A stretch of DNA of 64,000 nucleotides. Origin: Candidatus Pacearchaeota archaeon (GTDB lineage: Archaea; Nanobdellota; Nanobdellia; Pacearchaeales; GW2011-AR1). Position 1 is the stretch's first letter. The number at the start of each line of letters is the position of its first letter. Where the stretch lies: NCBI GenBank assembly GCA_016188825.1, contig JACPHA010000011.1, positions 80,317 to 144,316 of the forward strand. The letters are read 5' to 3'. Shown here piece after piece: positions 59,427-64,000 of the stretch. The translations under genes were made by a program, and so were the position numbers. The notes under the pieces were generated by a model. The model ran no database searches and was not told where the DNA came from. It saw only the letters and a list, made by a program, of their open reading frames with translations.

Positions 59427-59553
59427 GCCCGGATGGCACAATGGTACTGCGCCGGTCTCGAGAAAGCCCCGGCTAGGAAGAAACTGCAATAGTAGTTTGT
59501 TCGAGCAAACCGGTTTCCTTCGGGATTTCCAGGTTCGATTCCTGGTCCGGGCG
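59427..59553 (+). tRNA. tRNA-Ser(CGA) with ~45-nt intron at 37/38 (about 59464-59508) and long variable arm
   Basis: gcccgga...tccgggc + G73; anticodon stem ccggt/accgg spanning intron, loop ctCGAga; variable arm tcc-ttcg-gga; T-arm ccagg-ttcgatt-cctgg. Confidence 0.5.
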
Positions 59554-59646
59554 TTTATTTTCAGGATTAATTTACGTATGGGAGGGTTATATTTTTATAT
59601 CGAATAAACGATAGTTTTAAAAATAGATTTTAAAACACATAATAAT

Positions 59647-60693
59647 ATGGAAAGCTCAAAAAAAGAAAGGCTTGAGGAAATGCTTAGAGCTATACAAGAT
59701 ATTAAATCACAGAATGATGGTTTAGTAGGGACTAAAGATATTTGGGATATGATAAAAGAACATAGAAACATACGAGAAGTTCCTGAAAAGTTAGCTGAAG
59801 AGATTAATAAAGAAATTAAAAAAACTTTTTCTGGTGTTACATACGAAGCAACTCCACAGAGGATTTATGGTTTATTTTATGGAATATATCTTCCAGAAGA
59901 AGAACAAGTTGAAGGATTGTATGAGTATGAGATATTAGCTAAAAATGGGGCTGTAAGATTTGGTCGTGATTATATCTCATTTTTAGATCCAGAAGAATCT
60001 GAGTTTAGAAGGGCTTTTAATTATTTTCTACCATTTTTTTTAGAAGCAAACCTTGAAAATATTACAAGTGATGAAGAGATTGGCTCTGTAATTGCAGAAA
60101 TATTTAGAAGAGAATATGATGAAGTTCGTCATAAAATAGATGAAGATATACAATATAAACTTGATGACTATGTTCAAAAGATTTTTAGAGAGATGAGTGT
60201 TACTGATTGGAAAGAGAAGATGTGCAGAAAATCTCAAATTCAAAGTGAAAGTTTTCATACAAGAATTATTATCGAAGATGCGTTTCTCATTAGAAATATG
60301 GTTGAAAGAGTTAAGAAAGAACAAGCAGAACATAAGTTGGAGTATCGTAGAGGTATTTTAAGTCATGTCATTTCTCATCTAAGATATAGTGACTTACTTG
60401 GAATACCAAAAACTTGGGAGACTCTAGTAGCAAAATATAATATGATTGTGAAAAATTTAAGAAAAAAAACGGAAGATCTAATAAAGTTTAGAGAAGGTAG
60501 AGATGTACCAGAAGATTCATCTGCTGTAAGGGACTACAAATCTTATGTTGAACGTTCTAAAAAACTAGGTTATGAACCTCAATCATTAGATAAAAGGATA
60601 GAAGATAATCGGCTTTTTCTAGATATGAATATTTTTGTCAGACGCTTGTTAGGTCAAGAAAAAAATTGGCTTAACAAAATTCTAAGAAACTAA
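59647..60693 (+). CDS. Hypothetical protein
   Basis: 348 aa. Confidence 0.35.
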   Translation: MESSKKERLEEMLRAIQDIKSQNDGLVGTKDIWDMIKEHRNIREVPEKLAEEINKEIKKTFSGVTYEATPQRIYGLFYGIYLPEEEQVEGLYEYEILAKNGAVRFGRDYISFLDPEESEFRRAFNYFLPFFLEANLENITSDEEIGSVIAEIFRREYDEVRHKIDEDIQYKLDDYVQKIFREMSVTDWKEKMCRKSQIQSESFHTRIIIEDAFLIRNMVERVKKEQAEHKLEYRRGILSHVISHLRYSDLLGIPKTWETLVAKYNMIVKNLRKKTEDLIKFREGRDVPEDSSAVRDYKSYVERSKKLGYEPQSLDKRIEDNRLFLDMNIFVRRLLGQEKNWLNKILRN

Positions 60694-61009
60694 GAGAAAG
60701 ATAAAAATACGACTTTTTCCTAAACAGATCAAGATAAACAAAAAAGAGTCTCATTGAAGGAGACATTAAGGGGGTTCTGTTTGGTCCGGGCGCTTTACCT
60801 TCTTGAGCATTTTGTTAGAGCATTTAAATCGTTTTTATAGCGTAATATGTAGGAAACTACTAATAAGACATAGAACAGCCAAAATTTATTTAAGCCTAAA
60901 GATTATGTAACAAATATATTCTCCGGTATGGTCTCTGACAATGCCGGGCCTTTATTCTAATATTCGTCTTTAGAAAGCTTTATATATTTAAAGTAACTAA
61001 ATTTACCGA

Positions 61010-61600
61010 ATGGTAAAAAAAATTACTAAAGTTAAAATCATAGCTCAATATGTAAGTGATTATGGTAGGAAATACTATTTAAGGGAGATTGGATCTTTAT
61101 TGAAAAAGCCCCATCAAACAATAAAGCCCTATATAGAAGGGTTGGTAAAAGAAGGCATTCTTACAAAAGATAAGAGAAAAAATATAGTGGAATACTGCCT
61201 TAATTTTAAACATAAGGGTGTTTATGATTATTTAGTTATAGCTGAAAAAGAAAAGTTAATAGAAAGAATTGAAGAGGAAACTCTCTTAAAAGTAATCTAT
61301 GAAAAGCTTTCTCTATATTTTGTTAATAACACTTTTATTATTTTTGGCTCTTCAGTAAATAAGATAGAAAAAGGATCTGACATTGATTTGTTAATAGCTG
61401 GGAGGGCAAATATAAATAAAGTAATACATGAGTTTCAAGAAATTTATAATAAAAATATACATAGAGTTCAGATTAGCAATTTTAATAAGCTAACTCATAC
61501 TTTAATTAAAGAAATATATAAAAAACATCTTATCCTTAACAACACAGAGCAGATTGTAAGGTTTTTTGGAGAACAGCATGAGCAAAATAAGTTGGTGTAA
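61010..61600 (+). CDS. Winged-HTH plus nucleotidyltransferase (MNT-like) protein
   Basis: 196 aa; IIFGSSVNKIEKGSDIDLLI NTase motif. Confidence 0.5.
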   Translation: MVKKITKVKIIAQYVSDYGRKYYLREIGSLLKKPHQTIKPYIEGLVKEGILTKDKRKNIVEYCLNFKHKGVYDYLVIAEKEKLIERIEEETLLKVIYEKLSLYFVNNTFIIFGSSVNKIEKGSDIDLLIAGRANINKVIHEFQEIYNKNIHRVQISNFNKLTHTLIKEIYKKHLILNNTEQIVRFFGEQHEQNKLV

Positions 61601-62045
61601 AAAGCAAAAAGATGGAATTAAAATTCAAGAGCCAAATGATAATCTTAGTCAAGAATACTATAAAAATGCAGAGGAAAGTCTAAAGGTATTAAAAAGTATA
61701 AGGGAAACACAATCAAATATGTGGCTTGCTACTACTAAATATTACATTGAATATTTTGCTGCTTATTCTGTTCTGATGAAAATAGGCATTAAATGTGAAA
61801 TACATGACTGCACAATCACATTAATAAATTTCTTAGAAAACGAAGGAATTATAGAAGAAGGTACTACTAAAATGCTTGAAAAAGATAAAGAGTTAAGAAT
61901 TGACAATCAATATTATCTAAAGAATAAGCAGGTAAATATAGATTTTGATAAACTTTCTAATTTTCTGCTCTCAATAAGAAAATCTCTTGATCAACTTGAT
62001 AAGAATAAGATAGAAGAATTAAGAGAAAAGATTAGAGCTTCCTGA
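61566..62045 (+). CDS. HEPN-domain protein (partner of upstream NTase)
   Basis: 159 aa; HEPN-like helices (..YYIEYFAAYSVLMKIG..IHDCTI..). Confidence 0.45.
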   Translation: MENSMSKISWCKKQKDGIKIQEPNDNLSQEYYKNAEESLKVLKSIRETQSNMWLATTKYYIEYFAAYSVLMKIGIKCEIHDCTITLINFLENEGIIEEGTTKMLEKDKELRIDNQYYLKNKQVNIDFDKLSNFLLSIRKSLDQLDKNKIEELREKIRAS

Positions 62046-62135
62046 CATTTTTGTCTCGCACCTGCTCCGGGCGTATTACCATTACACTATTTTAAAAATA
62101 GCAAAATTTAAATACTTTGTAATGGTAATTTATGC

Positions 62136-63011
62136 ATGAGAATGGTAAGAAGAAAAAAAGGAAACAAAATATATTTTTATCTGCAACACTCATTTAGAAA
62201 ACAAGGAAAAGTCAAAACAGTAGAAAGATATCTTGGGAAAGCCGAAGAACTATCCGATAAAGATATGAAGATAAAGATTCAGGAAATGGCTGATGAGATA
62301 TTGAAAGAGTCTAAGGGTGGGCTCTATAAAAAACTTGATAAGATAAAAGAGAATTTTCAAAAAGAATGGAAAAAAATTCCTGAAAGTGCAAAGAAGAAAG
62401 AGCTCGAAGAAATAGCGATTGCCTTTACCTATAACACAAATGCAATTGAAGGCTCTACAATTACTTTAGAGGAAACAAGAGAAATAATACATGACAAAAT
62501 GTCTCCCAATAAACCACTGAAGGATGTAAAGGAAACAGAAGCCCACAGTAGAGTATTCCTAAATATTCTTAATAAAAAAGAAGAGATTAGTAGCGAGCTT
62601 TTATTAAAATGGCATAAAGAGATATTTGGAGAGACAAAAGAAGACATAGCCGGGAGGTATAGAGACTATTTAGTTAGAGTTGGTCCTTATTTAGCTCCGG
62701 ATTGGCAAGAAGTCGCGAAAATGATGAATGAACTCATAAGGTTTATTAAAAAAAATAGAAAACTTAATCCTGTTGAATTGTCGGCTAGAACACACTATAA
62801 ATTTGAGAAGATACATCCGTTCGGAGATGGAAATGGAAGGATAGGCAGACTTTTAATGAATCAAATTTTATGGCATTCTGGATACCCCGCGATTATTATA
62901 GAGTATAAAAAAAGAAGAGCTTATTATAGATCTCTACAAAAAAATGAAGAGGGTTTTGTTTCATATTTTATTAGAAGATATTTATCGATTCATAAGAGAA
63001 GGTATTCCTGA
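62136..63011 (+). CDS. Fic/Doc-family protein (AMPylase-like)
   Basis: 291 aa; Fic motif HPFGDGNGRIGR. Confidence 0.75.
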   Translation: MRMVRRKKGNKIYFYLQHSFRKQGKVKTVERYLGKAEELSDKDMKIKIQEMADEILKESKGGLYKKLDKIKENFQKEWKKIPESAKKKELEEIAIAFTYNTNAIEGSTITLEETREIIHDKMSPNKPLKDVKETEAHSRVFLNILNKKEEISSELLLKWHKEIFGETKEDIAGRYRDYLVRVGPYLAPDWQEVAKMMNELIRFIKKNRKLNPVELSARTHYKFEKIHPFGDGNGRIGRLLMNQILWHSGYPAIIIEYKKRRAYYRSLQKNEEGFVSYFIRRYLSIHKRRYS

Positions 63012-63107
63012 CCGTATTATTGTCTTGCACTGGTCCCTGCGTTCTTCCCAATGAGAAACATATCGGATAACCGATAGTTTTAAATACCTCTGGATTTCTT
63101 TAGAGAG

Positions 63108-63725
63108 ATGAAACCGTATGATACTAAAAATGAGAGAAAGCCAGATTATGATGTTGATAAAATATTTATTGATAGATGGAGCCCAAGGTCTTTGAGTCCT
63201 GATTTGAGTGAGAAAGAACTGATGAGTTTATTTGAGGCAGCCAGATGGTCTCCTTCTTCAAGCAATGGAGAGCCATGGAGATTTTTGTATGCTAAAAATG
63301 AGAGCAAGGAGTGGGACATTTTTTATGATTTATTAACAGATTTTAATAAAATATGGTGCAAGAATGCGGCTTATCTGATTGTTTTATTATCGAGAAAAAA
63401 TTTTCAACCAGATGATAAAGGAAATGAAAAAACAGACAGACATCACAGTTTTGGAGCAGGCACCGCATGGATGGCTTTGGCTTTGCAAGCGAGAATTAAA
63501 GGATGGATTGCGCATGGCATGGCAGGATTTGATATCGAGAAGGCTAAGAAAAATTTAGGGATTCCTGAGAATTATCATATCAATTGCATGATTGCAGTAG
63601 GCAAGCAGGGAGAAATTGAAAAAAGCATTCCAGAAAGAATGCAGAAATCTGAGAAACCGAACGAAAGGAAAAAAGTTAAAGATATTGTGTATGAAGGCAG
63701 GTTTCCTAGAGATAAATGGAAGTAG
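63108..63725 (+). CDS. Nitroreductase-family protein
   Basis: 205 aa; RWSPSSSNGEPWRFLY motif. Confidence 0.5.
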   Translation: MKPYDTKNERKPDYDVDKIFIDRWSPRSLSPDLSEKELMSLFEAARWSPSSSNGEPWRFLYAKNESKEWDIFYDLLTDFNKIWCKNAAYLIVLLSRKNFQPDDKGNEKTDRHHSFGAGTAWMALALQARIKGWIAHGMAGFDIEKAKKNLGIPENYHINCMIAVGKQGEIEKSIPERMQKSEKPNERKKVKDIVYEGRFPRDKWK

Positions 63726-63790
63726 TTTTTTAATTAAATAGATTGATTAATAAGATTTACCATTAAATTAGTTACATATAGAACTTTATT

Positions 63791-63860
63791 ATGTCAAGAA
63801 TTTAATTGTCAGAATTCTTGGTGTCCAAAAATTCAAACACACACAAGGACTTTTTGATTT
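63791..63860 (+). repeat. R2 family copy
   Basis: 2 mismatches vs other copies. Confidence 0.7.
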
Positions 63861-64000
63861 TAGAAATTATAATTATCATCTCATTTGTCAATTAGGTGTA
63901 GCTAAAATTCATTAATGTGTAACAATAATTAAATAACGGATTTTTATCTTAATTTAAAATTTTTTGACTTCAATTTTTACAGGATTTGTTTTCATTTGTT

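Noticed and set aside
1-64000. CRISPR arrays or rRNA genes
   Set aside because: No regularly spaced direct-repeat array and no rRNA-like conserved stretches seen; the dispersed repeats are single units, not arrays

Overview
AT-rich archaeal chromosomal window, very likely from a small-genome DPANN-type archaeon (K/E/I-rich proteins, short intergenic regions, archaeal-specific genes). Core genes seen: partial valS, aRF1 carrying a mini-intein, MCM with an RPA2-like neighbour, aIF2-beta, a KH-domain protein, mnmA, ftsZ, gatA, ychF, hisS next to tRNA-His, scpA and an rpoE-spt4-rpsS24e-rpsS27ae cluster. I call five or six tRNA genes, three of them with introns: Asn with an unusual D-loop intron, Ile(UAU) and Ser(CGA). 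The most striking feature is a ~6 kb integrated element (about 45826-51791) sitting in the anticodon loop of a host tRNA-Glu(UUC). Its two ends carry reciprocal hybrid core arms, it encodes an intact tyrosine integrase, and it brings its own intact, diverged tRNA-Glu(UUC) just inside its left end. Cargo includes winged-HTH proteins, an Hjc-like nuclease and a ParB/NYN fusion. A minus-strand cluster (25081-40384) encodes heavily N-glycosylation-sequon-rich surface proteins. One is a 2946-aa giant with two predicted transmembrane segments, two LamG-like domains and a cytoplasmic C-terminal tail of two sigma-70-region-4/LuxR-like HTH repeats, a possible membrane-tethered one-component regulator or adhesin. 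Its paralogs share near-identical nucleotide blocks, and a DUF4143 AAA ATPase sits in the cluster. The window also holds at least four families of short hairpin-containing dispersed repeats, including one pair that flanks gatA as direct repeats, and many toxin-antitoxin-like modules (3x MNT/HEPN, VapBC, DUF433/DUF5615, Fic). No rRNA or CRISPR array is visible.
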